Below, piece by piece: positions 63,552-64,000 of a DNA stretch of 64,000 bases. The translations under genes and the position numbers were made by a program. Positions within the stretch are counted from its first letter, which is position 1, and every line of letters starts with the position of its first letter. The notes beneath the pieces were generated by a model. The model saw only the letters and a program-made list of their open reading frames with translations, searched no databases and had not been told where the DNA came from. Origin of the DNA: Phoronis australis (lineage: Eukaryota > Animalia > Phoronida); the NCBI GenBank assembly GCA_002633005.1, contig NMRA01000314.1:62001-126000 (forward strand), in the 5' to 3' direction.

Positions 63552-63557
63552 AATAAA
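63552..63557 (+). terminator. Candidate polyadenylation signal of the CCK/SK gene
   Basis: AATAAA about 1.06 kb after the stop codon, followed by T-rich sequence. Confidence 0.3.
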
Positions 63558-64000
63558 GTTTTCTTTCCGCATTGACCCTGTCTACGAGTATAGATGTTAA
63601 TATATTGTTCTTGTGTCTCATAACCAACTGGAAAACGCGTCATATATGTGAAGCTTTTCCTTAGTAGGGAGGAAGGAGAAGACAAAACAAATGTGAGCTC
63701 AACCCCAGGTCCCCGGTCGACTCCAGTTTTGCCTGCACCACCACCCAATGTCGTCCTGAGGTGGACAGCAGTTTTACGCCCCTCCATCCCCAGTCGACAC
63801 CCCGTTTTACCTCTACCAGCATTTCCGTCGACACTATCGAGAAAACGCTTCCACTCCCTTGCTCGCTTTAGCCGTCCCGTGGGGAGTTGAGAGGGAGGCT
63901 CAAACTAGTTCGACTTCGCCAAACTCGTTTGCTTTCGTGGTCCCAAAACCAGGTTCCTCCAGTCATCCCGGTCGTCGCCACTTTTGCACCTACCTCGCCA

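Overview
Eukaryotic, AT-rich, repeat-dense genomic DNA from an invertebrate animal, most likely a lophotrochozoan judging from the GGGRFamide form of its CCK-type peptide. Two host genes are well supported, both on the + strand. (1) A four-exon Wnt9-type gene (CDS 2808-2884, 9194-9471, 17179-17450, 17959-18450; 372 aa), whose start codon is preceded by a dense chain of overlapping short upstream ORFs. (2) A cholecystokinin/sulfakinin-type neuropeptide precursor (61961-62488; DYGIGGGRFamide and SRYFYGGGRFamide), with a probable CRE/CCAAT/TATA promoter and non-coding first exon near 57.1-57.45 kb. The rest is introns and about 39 kb of intergenic DNA containing non-autonomous DNA transposons/MITEs, tRNA-derived SINE-like heads, LINE and Penelope fragments, and microsatellites. 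Most notable structures: a TTAA-flanked THAP/Kolobok-type element in Wnt9 intron 1 built from two 5' ends (hairpin-forming, Mu-killer-like); the uORF relay on Wnt9; an old dispersed repeat carrying CTCF-consensus motifs between the two genes; an 8-bp-TSD element with a duplicated left end nested in a foldback element; and a head-to-head tRNA-like pair. All family assignments come from motif recognition by eye, with no database search.
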